The notes beneath the pieces were generated by a model. That model was not told the origin of the DNA. It worked only from the letters and a program-made list of their open reading frames with translations, and did no database searches. From Chrysomallon squamiferum (lineage: Eukaryota > Animalia > Mollusca), in the NCBI GenBank assembly GCA_012295275.1, contig CM022670.1, positions 18,662,001-18,726,000 of the forward strand: 64,000 nt of DNA. Reading direction: 5' to 3'. Made by a program: the position numbers and the translations under genes. Below, in pieces: positions 1 to 13,937 of this stretch. Each line of letters begins with the position of its first letter. Positions within the stretch are counted from its first letter, which is position 1.

Positions 1-10
1 TGTATAAATA

Positions 11-14
<4 letters not shown>

Positions 15-65
<51 letters not shown>
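15..65. repeat. (TG)n microsatellite
   Basis: Direct reading. Confidence 0.95.
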
Positions 66-67
<2 letters not shown>

Positions 68-749
68 CTGAGTACATTTGAATATTCTATATATACGTGC
101 TTGTGATCGCATAAGTGTAAAACATCTAGCCTTGAACAAAACCCCGTTACACCAACCTCTTAATTTAACAAGTCTTTAATTCCACCATGAGATTTAATGA
201 GCTGGTTTTACCTTATAATCGCTTGCTGGAGGAAGCCAACCAAAGATCTGGATAATCCTGTTTACTCAAGCGTCCAGTGTAAAGATTTCATTGTCCTCAC
301 GACAGTTTTGTTATTTCTTGTTTCGATTTAGACCTCTGCCAAATTACTAAACAATAGGTCCATTCCAAACAATTTGTTACTAAAATGCGTGTTATTAACA
401 GACAGCCAGAGAACGGAACCAAAACATAATTATTATTGGATTGTGTGGGGTTTTTTTTCTTTCCACGCCGCCCTGTCGTTTGCTTGTTGACGGAGTATAA
501 AGACGACAGAATATTCTGGAATTTTGTGGTTTAAAGCACATTTCAGAGAACTGGCACCAAAGCTGTGATGAAAACGATCTTCCTGAAAATATTTCAAGTG
601 CGAAGGAATTATTATTATCAGTGATTCTGTGAAAATAAATTGTTTTATGGACAGTCTGATCTCGATGGGAATATAAAACGTGTGTTTTGTTGGATGTTAT
701 GTAATGAGGAAATTGTGACTAACATTTGGAAGAAAAAAATTCTTTCGAC

Positions 750-2610
750 ATGGCACTGAAGCAGGGAAATTTACCAAAGTTTCTGACTGATAGTCCGGTA
801 TGATATCATTTTTTTTACTCTTTCTACTAATACAGTACTAATTAATATTACAATCACTGCTACTATTATTACTAGTAGAACTACTAATATTGTAACTACT
901 AATACCACCACTACAACAAATACTGATATTAATATTATTACTGTTACCCACTTATTACTACTACTGTTATTACTATTTCCACCGCTGTTACTACTACTAT
1001 TTCTGCGACTACTACTACTCTGGGACATCTGGAGTCTGGAATCAATAAATCGGTCTGATTACTCTTGAGGCATTATTTGCTCCAAAATATAACTGTTCGG
1101 GATGATATAAAGCAATTACAAAAAATTTTTTTTTAAATTATTCTTTACACCTTTTGTTAGTATATTGCTTGACTAGCAATTAAATCGTTTTTAAAAAGAG
1201 AGAGAAAAAAAGAAAGCTCATTCCAGTGAAGATCCTATATTTCTTAAAAGGGGGTTAAGTCATAAATTTGGTGAATAATCATTCCAAAATGAAATGAATT
1301 TAATAATAAAAAAAAAAAAAATTATGATTAAAAAATTGCCTGATCTGCGCATATGTAGTTACAAAAGCCTTTGCATTTTTTGTCCTAATCTTTATTCTCC
1401 AACTTTTGTTTTACATACTTTGATCTATGGAATAGATCATTTAATTTTTATATTTATAATCAGATTTACATCATCAGCTTCAATATTTTTTATTTATTTT
1501 TATTTTTTTATATAAAATCTGAATATTATATACTTCTTTCTTTTGAAAAGTATTATGTTACAAATGATGTCAAAATTCTTGACGTACGCTGTACATTTGA
1601 AATCGAACAATCGGTTTATCGTTCATTTCATGACAATAGAGGAGATCAAGGGATTTCTTTTTAGCCCAGAAGCTTAATCCTCAGCTTAATTCTTCCCTAA
1701 AATCGGCTTCACCATTAATCTGAAGGGTGTTACGAGAGATTGAGCCATATGTTTACACCGATTATATAAAAAGTGTGTATATAACTTCTACCTGTGTCCA
1801 CAAAAGTGAAAAAATTAATGTAATGGAATATAAATAAATAATGTTTACCCGAAATGTTTTAATGTAATGTAAACTTTTGTTATATTTTCTTTTACATTAT
1901 TTTTAATTTTAAGCTAGCTAATATTTTTCGTTTCTGTTATTTATTTATTTGTTCATTTATTGATTGATTGATTGAGAGACTGACTAATTTGTTTAAATTC
2001 TTTGCCTATTTTTAATTTAAATTTTTTTTTTCCTACTTATTTATTGTTTCTAATATTAAACATATTTTTATTTTTATATTTTTTATTTTTTATTTAAATA
2101 TTTTGGTTTTGTGATTTGGTGAAAGGATTTAAATTATATATACCTTGTGTGTTGGGGGGGTCTTATGTTATGTTTTTGAATAATCATATTTATTAAAAAC
2201 AGTTCTTGTTTTAGAGCCTTATTATATTTTATTTATTTATTTACTTATTTTGGAGAATGTTATTTACTTTTCGATACAATCACTTTTTTGCCCATTGATA
2301 CTCGAATACCTTTTTATAATTAACTTTATTATTCATACTTTTTGATTATACATACTTATAAAATTTCACGCATGTGCTTTTTAATTTTAATTTGTTATAA
2401 TTCAACTCTATATTGTAATCTTGCAGTTCACGAGAATTAAATTCATTAGCACTGTATTATAATTAGATGTATTCAGCTTTACTTACTCTCTATCACAGTT
2501 ACATAATAAATGCCTAATTTACTTTTATGTTTCTTGTATCCACGTAATTCATACTGCTGTATCTGGGTGTGTGTGTGTAGTGTGTATATGGCTGAATATT
2601 GTGGGTTCGT

Positions 2611-2703
<93 letters not shown>

Positions 2704-3418
2704 GTGTGTGTATATAAATGTGGGGATGTGTGTGTGCCGTTTGTGATGGTAAATATGTATGTGTTTGTCCCGGTATGTGTGTGTATCTGTGTTTGTATGA
2801 CTCTTTTGTATGTGTCTTTTGTAATTAGAAGTATATGTGTGTGTGTGTGTCTCTGTGTTTTGTATGTATATGTGTATGTGTTTGCGTGTCTGTGCTTTGT
2901 ATGTATGTTTCGATGATTTGTATGGGTGTGTGGGTGTGTCCGTGTTTTGTATATATCTGTCTGTATATGTGTCTGTTTTTTGTATGTATCGGTGTGGGTG
3001 TGAGTGTGGGTGTGTAGTTTAAAATAACTAAGCATGTGTTATCTGTTCACAATGCAGAGACGACAACGAAGTACAAGTACGACGTCGAGCAGATGGGAAT
3101 GTCGAGAACAGCGGCTGATGTCTGCTAGACAGGTTGACCTTGCTCAGAACTCAAGGCCGCCCAGCACTAACAAAGAGCCAAAGGAGCTAGAAACAAAGGA
3201 GGAGGACCTGGATTCGGCCCTGGAATTATCTTGTGAGTGACAAGAACTGGTCTGTAATGTTGGTGTTACTTTGGTGGATGTGGTTGTCATTATGAAATGA
3301 TGCCCATGATAAAAAGGAAGGAAAGAATCGCAAAAATTAAATCGTGCGTGCGCTTTAGAGAAAAAGGAATAATAGACACTTCTTTCTGTTAACTATTATA
3401 TCTGTGGTTGATTTGTAT

Positions 3419-3485
<67 letters not shown>

Positions 3486-4962
3486 TCTATTGCTCTTCTT
3501 CTTCTTCAGAACTTAAAAATTAGGAAATATAGGTCATAAAGTAGATAATGTCCATCATATTGATAAACTGAAATTGTTGGATATATGTGTTATATTATTC
3601 AATATCTTCTGTTGTATTTTGAAAACTAAAATTAATTTAAACATTTTAACAGAAATTTCCAATTTTTGCATTATAACCACAATTTCCCAATTACATTTTA
3701 ACCGCAATTTTCTAACAACACATGAAAAACTAACAGTAATTTGTGACAGTATATAACAACACAGATCTGTTTTGAACTAGGCGACATTCCGCTGTATGAT
3801 CAAACTGGTCTGCGGACGTATGACAGAGCTTGTCAGAAAATTGGAGTCAATCCAGTCTCGAGTTGCAGAAAAAGTCTTACGAAATCAGAAACGCTTGATC
3901 TGCAGTACTATGGACTGGGACCACGCGGTGCTATGACAGTTGCCATGGCATTATTAGTAAGTTTGTTTAATTATATGATTCCGTTTTATTTCATTTCAGT
4001 TTCATTATTCCGGTAACTGTTGCAGGATCAATTAACATCAATTTTATATAGGTTACTCAAAATCGCTCATTTGCAAACACAGTAATGTATATGCATACAT
4101 ATATAGACATTTAGACATACAAACAGATGCAGACACACACTACATTCCCATATACACACGCACACACACATAGACATTAATTGTAGGATCAGTTATTTCG
4201 CCATATATCTAAATTATGCATTTAGATGATATCCAGCTGGAAATTTTATCATTTTATTTTTAATAACATGGTATTAATGCAGTTTTAAAACAATACAAAA
4301 TGAAAATATTTATTGAATTTTCTTATACGTCATTTTGTTTAAATGATAAAACGATTTGTAATTTTAGATAAACCAGCAGATTACAACAGTGAATCTGAAA
4401 GCAAATGATCTCTGTGCTATGGGGACGTTGTATATTCAGAGGATGATGGAAGAAAACTCCATAATAACACATCTTGTACGTTTTAATATTCTATTAACGT
4501 TATGTTACATATCGTACTATTGAGCAAATATTCTTTGATGGATTCGTAACTAAAATTTCGTAATAGACGCTGTGTATGCTCAGAGTCTTCATGAAGTTTT
4601 TGTGCAATTTTTAGTTTTCTACGTTCTTTAATTTGTTCCTAGGTTTTGAATTTTTGTTTTAAGCAAAACGCTAAAGAAGTATAGTTTACCAGTATTTTCA
4701 TATTTTAATGTGATGATGTGATCCTTATGAAAATTACGTATTATGAAGACGATTATTTTTATTAATGTGTTACAATGAGAATTATCCATATCATTGTTAT
4801 TGTATTATTATTTTTATTTTCTTCTTCATCATCTTCTTTTTCTTCTACTTCTTCTTTTTATCATTATTATTATTATTATTATTACTATTATTATTATTAC
4901 TATTACTATTATTATTATTACTATTACTATTGTTACTATTATTATCATCATCATCATCATCA

Positions 4963-5009
<47 letters not shown>

Positions 5010-5501
5010 TCTAGAATCTGGCAGACAACAAACTGGGATCAGAAGGTGCTTATAGTGTTGGCGAGATTTTACGCTGTAACAAGGTGATTAAACATCTTGA
5101 TGTTTCAGGTAAGCTTTGAAAAATGTATTCTGTTATGTATTCGGAATAAAGTCTTAGTTATAATGAATTTGAAAACGCTTCCTTTTTTAAAGAGAAGTTT
5201 ATATTAATTATTGCTTTCACTATTACATTTCCTCTTTGAATGTTTTGTTCGTTATTACATCTGTTCATAATGAATAGTAGTAGTAGTAGTAGCAGTAGTA
5301 GTAATAGTAGTAGTATCGTTATTATCATCATCATCATCATAATTTATTATTTATTTTGTTGGGTTTTTATGTTTGTATTTTTGATTGAAAGAGAAAATAA
5401 AATATGACTGTTTTTATTATTTTATTAAATTATCTTTTAGGAAACAAATTTACCGACCAAGATGCAGTACATATCGCAAGAGCTGTAGAGGTAAATGTAT
5501 A

Positions 5502-5565
<64 letters not shown>

Positions 5566-5748
5566 TACACATTGTAGTATGTATGCATGGATACACATTG
5601 AAACATTTATGTATATATATTACAAATGATTCAAGAATATATTACAATTAATTTTATGAAATCAGAAAAAAACAAGAGACGCAAAAATTTCTTTTACTTA
5701 TCAGTGGATATATAAATCCAGTTTTTTTAAAAGTATGCTGAAATAATT

Positions 5749-5789
<41 letters not shown>

Positions 5790-7426
5790 AAATAATAAAT
5801 TCAAATAAAAATAGTATACAGTCGTGTTTTTGAGTTTTGTTTTTTATTATTATGCAATTTGATCTGAAAAAAACTTATTGATTCTTTTTTTCAGGAACAT
5901 CAGGAAATAAACACTTTAATTCTCAGTCACAATGAGTTTGGAGATAAATCAGCTGTAATATTTGAACACATGATAGGTTTGTCCGCATACTTATTTTTTC
6001 TCTCAGTTGTTTATAGTATTTCAGTATAATTACTTTGCCTTAATAGCTTTTAAACAAACAAAAAATTAACTTTTGGTATTGTTTTAATTATTACTTAAAA
6101 TAAATCACAAAGTAAATCCAGTAACGTTTTACCACAATTGTTTTTCTTATGCTTCTTCGTGTTGCATTGTTGTTGTTGTTTTATGATTATCATCATCATC
6201 ATCATCATCATCATTATAACTATTATTATTATTAACACTGTGTTATTTACTCTACAGCTGAGAATGGTTCTCTTCACAAACTTGATCTCAGCTGGAATCA
6301 TTTTCGAGGTCCTGGCGCTATAAAGATTGCACAAGGTTTATCGGTAAATCAATTGAAAATAAATGTTTGTTCGTTGTTGTTGTTGTGGGTTTTTTTTCAG
6401 GGGTGGTGGGGGGCTTTGCTAGTTTTGGGGGAAGTATATTAAATATATTAAATCGAAAATTCAAAATACTCCAGGTCGTTATGATAAGATACATAAAATA
6501 AATAAATGTTTTTTTGTTGTTTTTTTTTTGTTTTACTATAATTAGTTTACATTTCCTAAAAAAAAAACAATTCTTAATAATTTCCTTTTTTTAAAATAAT
6601 TGTTATACGTCTTGAACTGATTAATAACAGTTTTTAAACTTACAAAAGAAAAATTTATTTTATCTGAAATTATTTCTAAAACTGAATTTCAGGAAAACGT
6701 GTGTTTGCGATTTTTCTGTGGATCTTGGAATGGTTTTGACGACGAAGGCGCCATCGCTATGGCATCAGCATTGGAACATAACTCAATTTTAGAGGAACTC
6801 GACATTTCCTGCAACAGAATAGGTCCAAAAGGATACCTAGAGCTAATCCAGGCTCTTGAAAAAAATGACACATTGGAAACATTACGGGTAAATTGATTAA
6901 ACGTTCATGCAGGTTTTGTATATGGCCAGTAGCGTACCATTCTATATTGAGCGTGCCACTCAGATGCCCAAATTTCTGGCAAAACAGTTGAAAAAATAGA
7001 GGGCAAAGCAAGAAGTAATTTGTATTTGTGTTTTTGATATAAAATTTCTTCTAGTTGCTTTATTTTCTGTCATCATAATTATATAACATGTCTTTCTAAA
7101 CCTGGAGCAAATTCACAAAACAGTGCAAGGCTAGTGTTGCTGGTAGATATGAATCTAATATAGACGCTAAGGCTAATTGTGTCTGATAAGATTTGAGAAC
7201 GTGATTGGGACAAGAAATAGGTTAAAAGACCAGCGACAACAATCGATTGTGTATTGACCGTTCAGCAGTGCAGACTTTCACTTCCAGACAAAGCTTAATC
7301 TCGTCTGAGAAGGTAGCAAATGTACTGATCTTATTGTTCATAATATAAATAAAAAATAAAAATAAATAAATAAACAATAACAATTAATATTATTAATATC
7401 ATCATCATCATCATTGTTACTATTAC

Positions 7427-7487
<61 letters not shown>

Positions 7488-9184
7488 TGTTTGATCTCCG
7501 TAGGTTGGAAGAAACTATCTCAATCATGAATCTGTGACTGCCAGTGTTGAAGTGTTACTCAGAATGGATACTGTCAAATTAAAACATTTGGATCTCTCAG
7601 TAATGAGTTTTTCTTTCTTTCCTTTAATTTATATAAATCCGCAAAGTCTTCTTTCTTTTCAGAAATATATTAAGTATAAATTTAGCTGGTATTATTCTTT
7701 TATGTTATCTGCTATCATTATAATACACTAAAACCTTTCTCTACACGTATTTCATGTTTAAATCATATATGACTTAAATAACATATATAAATAAGTTTAA
7801 TAAGTACCCCATACATTAATGTACAAATACATGCCGATGTTCAAAATTCTTGAGACTAGGATCTTCTTTTACAGGATGTGATTTTACATGATGACTTTGA
7901 AGACACGTTGTCACAGCTTTACGACACCCACCCTGAACTCGAAGTCGTGTACGGGTACACACACTCTTACGGAAAGAGGAAACTTAAATCGTACAATGTC
8001 GTGGAGGAAGCGCTCACGGTGATTCACGAGTACCTCCGAATCCACGGGATGACGATGGCCGAACTCTTCACGAGATTCGACGCAGACGGCAGTATGAGTG
8101 TCACCCACGACGAATTCAGAGAAGGCTTAAAAGTAATTACTACTACTACTACTACTACTGCATCAACTACTACCACTACTGTCACTGCTGATGCTACTTG
8201 TACTAGTAGTAGTAGTACTCATTTAACTATTTTTGTACATGACATCTTTTGTTTTATTGTCATATTATGTTCATTTAAGCGTTATCAAATGTCTTTTTTT
8301 TTTTTTTTTTTTTTTAATTTCAAATTCTGAGACTTTATTTATCACTTCATGAAAGTGTTAACTAAAACAGCCCAAGTACAGTTCATGTTCTCCAAATAAC
8401 AGTTTTTTATTTCTGTTCTACTAATCAACTTGTCTAATGAAAATGTCTGATAGAAGTATACAATTTCAAATGTGCAAGCATTTTTCAAATACTTATTCTT
8501 CTAAAGATGACGTCATGTCATAGACAGAAATGTAAATAGAGTTGAAGATAACTAATGATGCTCACAAATATATTTTCTCTCTTACAGGAAGCATCCATTC
8601 CTTTATCTGAAGACCAGGTTGCTGATCTGATAGTGGGTCTAGATAGAGACGGCGACGGGGAAATAGACTTCAGGTTATTTGTTTGTTTATTTATTTATTT
8701 TATTTTTTTTTTTTTTTTTTTATTTATTAAATAAGGTTCACGTTCATATTTTATTAATTAAATTTAGAGGGTTCTGTTTTAAAAGTGCATTGTCATTATC
8801 AAAATAAAACACTTTGCAAGTACTCTTCCACTTTTTCACATCTCTCGCTCTAAGTCTCCCTTATTCTCTCTCTTTCGCTCTCTCACCTCTCCATATACTG
8901 ATCATACTTTTTCACATCCCCTTTATCTTTTTCTCTCTTACTTTCTCTCCTTTGTCGATGTGCTTAAATTATTAGAAAGAAAAAGTTCATTTCATTTAAT
9001 TAATTTACTTTATTATTTTCAATATTTTATAGATAAAAAAAATTCATTTAATATATATATATATATATGCATTACAAGTTCAAAAACTTATATAGTAATT
9101 TTAGTACTATGATGGGACCCTTAATTTTATATTTTTATTATTTTCAGTGAGCTGGTAATAACAAATCAAGAAACGATGGGTTGA
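750..9184 (+). CDS. LRRC74A: Leucine-rich repeat protein LRRC74-like with C-terminal EF-hand pair (13 coding exons)
   Basis: Phase-compatible GT-AG exons: 750-797 (tentative first exon, MALKQGNLPKFLTDSP), 3058-3232, 3781-3956, 4368-4475, 5015-5108, 5441-5490, 5895-5976, 6258-6343, 6693-6887, 7504-7599, 7875-8132, 8588-8673, 9148-9184 (TGA). Translation has YDRACQKIGVNPV...LDLQYYGLGPRGAMTVAMAL (LRRC74-like), RI-type LRRs (LNLADNKLGSEG, LDLSWNHFRGPG, LDISCNRIGPKG) and EF-hand loops DADGSMSVTHDE and DRDGDGEIDFSE. A/B paralog assignment is uncertain. Confidence 0.82.
2511..2699 (+). repeat. Dispersed repeat copy A: ~100-bp head + (TC)n tail
   Basis: TGCCTAATTTACTTTTATGTT...GCTGTATCTGGGT..GTGTAGTGTGTATATGGCTGAATATTGTGGGTTCGTA.AA(TC)n, also present at 11773-11910. 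Confidence 0.85.
3417..3486. repeat. (ATTT)n microsatellite
   Basis: Direct reading. Confidence 0.9.
4861..5009. repeat. Compound (ATT/ATC/ACT)n microsatellite abutting a 3' splice site
   Basis: Direct reading. Source of the poly-L/Y/I ORFs in the track. Confidence 0.9.
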
Positions 9185-9758
9185 TACGTTACACCGCGAA
9201 GTCAAACGAGAATTCATTACACGTGATAACAGACAATATTCCCATCTGAAACAATACACTTTCAGCATCACAACCAAATAGTCTTATAAAACTTCCTGTG
9301 ACATCATTATTTACTTGAAATATTTCAAAATTATGAAATATTTTATTATTAACTGATATTTATCCTTGTTATGTTTTAGTATTTATATTAGAAGAAACGA
9401 CAATGTTATGTTTTAATATGATATTATTTGTAATTTGTGCTTATCTACATATACCAACTAAAATACACATTATTTCATATAACCCATCCATGTTAACTGA
9501 CAGTACTTTTCACCAAAACTATTAATTACAAAACAGACTCAGATAAATATATCCCATTAAAACAATTATTTTAAAATTATAAATTAATATAATAATTTTG
9601 CACAAAACTGCTGAAACTTTACAAAGAAAGTAGTTTTAACTTAAAGAAATATTTACTTTATGTGTATGGTTTAAGAGTACATAGGTAAAACAGCTTTATT
9701 TAAATGACACTACAATAAGTAGATAAAAAAAATGAATCACTAGATCCATCCCACACCG

Positions 9759-10626
9759 TTAACAGCATTTTCTAACATGGCTGTGAAAGTGCTCTTTAAT
9801 CTAGTAAAGCCACTAGAGATTAAAAATTTCACATTAAGGAAAACAAATATTTAAATATTTGAAAACGACGTCATAAATGTATATAATAAAAATCAATTTA
9901 GTATTTAATAAATATATAAACTAAAGATGATGTGTATATTTAATGAAATTAAAAATATACATTAACTGAACTGTTCGGTTTTGTTTCTCTTCCTTTGACT
10001 TAATATTCTGAAGAAAATATCAAGTACAACTCAATCTCCATTTTAAAAATGTGTTTCCGAACCAAAAGTATTGCATAAATCGATGTACATTCCGTATCTG
10101 TATATCCATGTTATACTCTGCACAGAACATGGTCCAGTCCCCTCTTTCTCTTGCAAAAACCTTGCATGTCCAGCTCCTGGTCCACTTAACAGGCCGCCAT
10201 ACAAACAAGTGTGAGACGTGGATTGAAGGCGAATTCTCAGCACGGAGCGGAAGAAGCGGACAATCCACATTTTCAGGAATCAAGGTCACGGTCAAAGAAG
10301 CACCAGGAAATACGTGGACTTCATTCTGCGTCTATTGTAATCTTTGTTTGAAAAACTGAATGTTTTGATCGTTTGCATTGTAATTTCATACTTTGGCGTA
10401 GAATGTTTTTAATTTATTTATTTATTTTCATTTTACTTACGGTTTTACCGGGTTTCAAAATTTCAAAACTGAAAACACTTACGTGGAAACTGTTGACAAA
10501 GTCCGAAAAGTGCGATGGAAAATGATGAAGTGATTAAACACTGGGGAAAATAATCACAAGATTATTTATAACTCTCGGTTTGCACGATATACTTAATCGT
10601 ATAGATTGGCAAGTTACTGGGACTTT

Positions 10627-10657
<31 letters not shown>

Positions 10658-10880
10658 TTAAGTAGATTAATTTTCAACTTATATTAAAGTACTAAAAAAT
10701 ATATAAAAGAAACGAGTTTTGAATATGTGGTTTCAAAGAAGAGAACAAATGTTTTATTTAAATTTTAAATCACTGGATTTAAATCTTTCTCACTAAAATG
10801 CTGACTGAAAGTGTTAGCTGTACTATAACACTGATAATACCAGCATACTGGAAATGTAATACCTATCTAAACAACAACAG
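9759..10880. mobile_element. Probable non-autonomous interspersed DNA element between the LRR gene and OCA2
   Basis: A complex, non-genic ~1.1-kb block with a GC-richer core (10130-10330) that has no recognisable protein in any frame. It resembles, from memory only, interspersed repeats of gastropod genomes. Ends are not demonstrable. Confidence 0.3.
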
Positions 10881-11045
10881 TATACATGGGATGTGCGTAC
10901 GTGTCTGTATGTTTTTGTGTAATTATACCTAATAACTCTGTTTGCAAAAATGCAGTTATCTGAATTTTATATGTTTCACATTAACTATGTGTGTATTAAA
11001 TCGGCAAATTTTTAAGTCGGTAATTTTACGATTTTAAATAAGAAA

Positions 11046-11372
11046 ATCATTGCTTACTACATTTGTCAAGTAAACGATCCAATAAAAAAACGGAAAGTTA
11101 ATGCATACGTTTTCATGGTTAAGCCTTTTTGTCCATCATAAAGTTTAATATCCACTGAATGGTTTATTTGAACAATTGTAACGGGCAATAAATCCATGAT
11201 TTTGAATAGAACATCATTGCTTACTACATTTGTCAAGTAAACGACCCAATAACAAAACAGAAAGTGAATGGACACAATTTCATGGACAAGCCTTTTTGTC
11301 ATCATAAAGTTTAATATCCATTGAATGGTTTAGTTGAACAGTTGTAACGGGCAGTACCCAATACATCCATGA
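11046..11372. repeat. Two-copy tandem duplication, period ~167 bp
   Basis: ATCATTGCTTACTACATTTGTCAAGTAAACGA...TTGTAACGGGCA..ATCCATGAT starts at 11046 and again at 11213, with scattered differences. Confidence 0.9.
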
Positions 11373-11703
11373 TATTATCTTCTCTACAATATTAAAACCC
11401 AGCGTGTTATTACTGCCCTTATTTTCTTATCGGTTGACGTCCTGAGCGTTTGTTGAGTGCTCGCCTGAGAAATATTTGGTTATAATATCAGATCTTTTCT
11501 CTTCTCCTATCCTGCTGTCTCCCGTTTCAGACAGCGCTCCATCTTATCAAAAACAGTGCAGTGATTTCCTTACATATAAAATTTTAGTTTACTGTGTATA
11601 TAAACGCTTCAGTAACAAAATAAGCTAGAAAACAATTCAATATACCTTTGGTGAAAAGAAGAAATGGTCTAAATATTTTATTTATACTTTCTAGTCATGT
11701 TTC

Positions 11704-11740
<37 letters not shown>

Positions 11741-11772
11741 CTTGGTTTTTTTCTGTTGTTATTACTGTTCGT

Positions 11773-11848
11773 TGCCTAATTTACTTTTATGTTGCTGTAT
11801 CTGGGTTTCCGTGTAGTGTGTATATGGCTGAATATTGTGGGTTCGTAG

Positions 11849-11910
<62 letters not shown>
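11773..11910 (+). repeat. Dispersed repeat copy B: head + (TC)n tail
   Basis: Near-identical to 2511-2699 apart from an internal indel of about 25 bp and a few substitutions. Confidence 0.85.
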
Positions 11911-11912
<2 letters not shown>

Positions 11913-13240
11913 GATATTTAATTAATAACGAAGTGTAACATCAAAACCGATGGTTTTAAAATATCTGGCCATTTTTCTAAACTCACCAAGAAAAGAACAG
12001 GCTGATTTAGAATGAAGTTTCATTTAGTCTTATCGCAAAACACAAAAAGTTAATATCTCGTTACAAAAATGGAGGCGTACAAAACATTTTGTAACATAAT
12101 TATTTTATTCTCATACGTTATTATTAATGTTAACAATTATCCCACGCATAAAACATAAAGAAGTATAAATAAATTTACTGCACCATTTATTCCAAACGCT
12201 AAAAATTAACTTTAAAACAAAATATATAGTTGATATGAAAAGAAAAGCCTCTGTGGAGTTGTAGTATCTAAGATCTTCGTAGAAAAGAAAAAGCAGTTAA
12301 AACTGTGTAAATTAGGAAGTCCTATATCGCGCTGTAATCTGGCCGATAACCGATAAAATGATTTTCGACGATGTTTGACGATTTGAGCCGACAGCTAGGT
12401 TCAGATATAAACAGACAGGTTACATAGTACAACTGTCATATGATTTCATCACGATGTTATCACCAAAAAAAACCCACCCTCATGACAGTAAGTCGATATC
12501 CCTAAGTGTAAGTAAATGTGTTACATTTATATAACTATTTAAAATATACTTAAATGTAATTCGATCACTTATTTGTGATCTTTCGATCGGCTTAGTAGCT
12601 TAACTGTAGTTTAAAATGAGAATTAAAATGCAGGGGCGTAGCCCAAGCACTGAAATAACAAAACAAAAACACGTAGAAAACTTGACTGTTATGTAATGTT
12701 AGAAAGTACTCAGGTGGCGTTCTCTTTCAAGCGAGATCCAAGGCGAGGATTACCTCAGATACGTCACTGTTAACAGTCAGATCTATTTCAGTTTATAATT
12801 CACGACAGATAATAACACTAACACAGATATCATATGTTGTTACGTGAAACTATCAGTACAGCGACGTCAAAATATATTTGGTCCCTCTTTCATGAATCAA
12901 GGTAGTACGTTTATTTGTTTGTTAAACACAGAAATACTAGAGTGAGTATTTTTTTTTTTTATATTCCAGGTTAAGTCAGTAGATATATAATTATTTTAAT
13001 TATTATTGTTGATTTTGATACTGCCTTTGTTTAATTGAATTAAGTGCGAATTGAGTTTTTTTTAACAAATGAATTTTAATCTGACAGGTACAAAATTAAA
13101 TACAAAAAATGAAAGTGGGAAAGGGTGTAAGAGAGAGAAAGAAAATCTTCTGCTGTAATTATCATGTTTATTAATCAGTTGAAGTTGTTAATACTCAGAA
13201 GGTTCCAGTGCTGACGTGAATGACGTAGAAAGGTGAGAAA

Positions 13241-13887
13241 ATGAGTACATTTCGGCGGTCGCCCCAGAGTTTGGAAATCGGAGTGATGGGAATCCGGGTT
13301 AATCCCCTTCGTAAGAGTCGATCCAGCTCAACGATAATCTCAGAGACCTCCGTGGAGTCGTCCCTGTCTGAGAGCACGCCTCTCATTGATCCGAGCAGCA
13401 ACGTTCATCGGTAAATATTTTACATGTAGTAAGTATTATGTGGAACGGGAAAAACGAAAGTATCCGTGACAGATGTATTTCAGCATTGTTTTATTTATAA
13501 AAAAAAAAAAAAAATATAAAATAATTTTTTTTTATAATATAAATAAATAAATTATTTAATTAAATTAACGATTTTTATAATTCATTTCTGTGAAATATTG
13601 TTTAGAAATAAATGTGTAAAAAGCAGGAATTTTTTTTAATTCATTAGTATTATCATCATCATCATTATTGTTATACTTACTTAAATGTTTGGAACAGAAG
13701 AAAAAAATTCGAAGTTTTGCCATTCTGTAATTTTTGCAATAACATTACAAATACACATAAATATAAATAATATTATCTAAATGATTAATAAATGTGAAGA
13801 ATATAACTTCATATAGTTATTAATTTTGTTTGTCCAGCCAACTTCTATTTATTTATTTACTTATTTATTTTTATTAATATATATATA

Positions 13888-13937
<50 letters not shown>

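Noticed and set aside
771-1028. 85-aa Ser/Asn-rich ORF with a hydrophobic stretch (minus strand)
   Set aside because: Derived from a degenerate (ACT/ATT)n tract at the start of LRR gene intron 1.
2510-3035. ORFs of 60-173 aa rich in HT/RE/SL/CV repeats
   Set aside because: They are translations of (TC)n and TG/TA microsatellites inside an intron.
4765-5087. Poly-Leu, poly-Tyr and poly-Ile ORFs resembling membrane proteins
   Set aside because: Three frames of an (ATT)n tract. Only 5015-5108 is a real exon.
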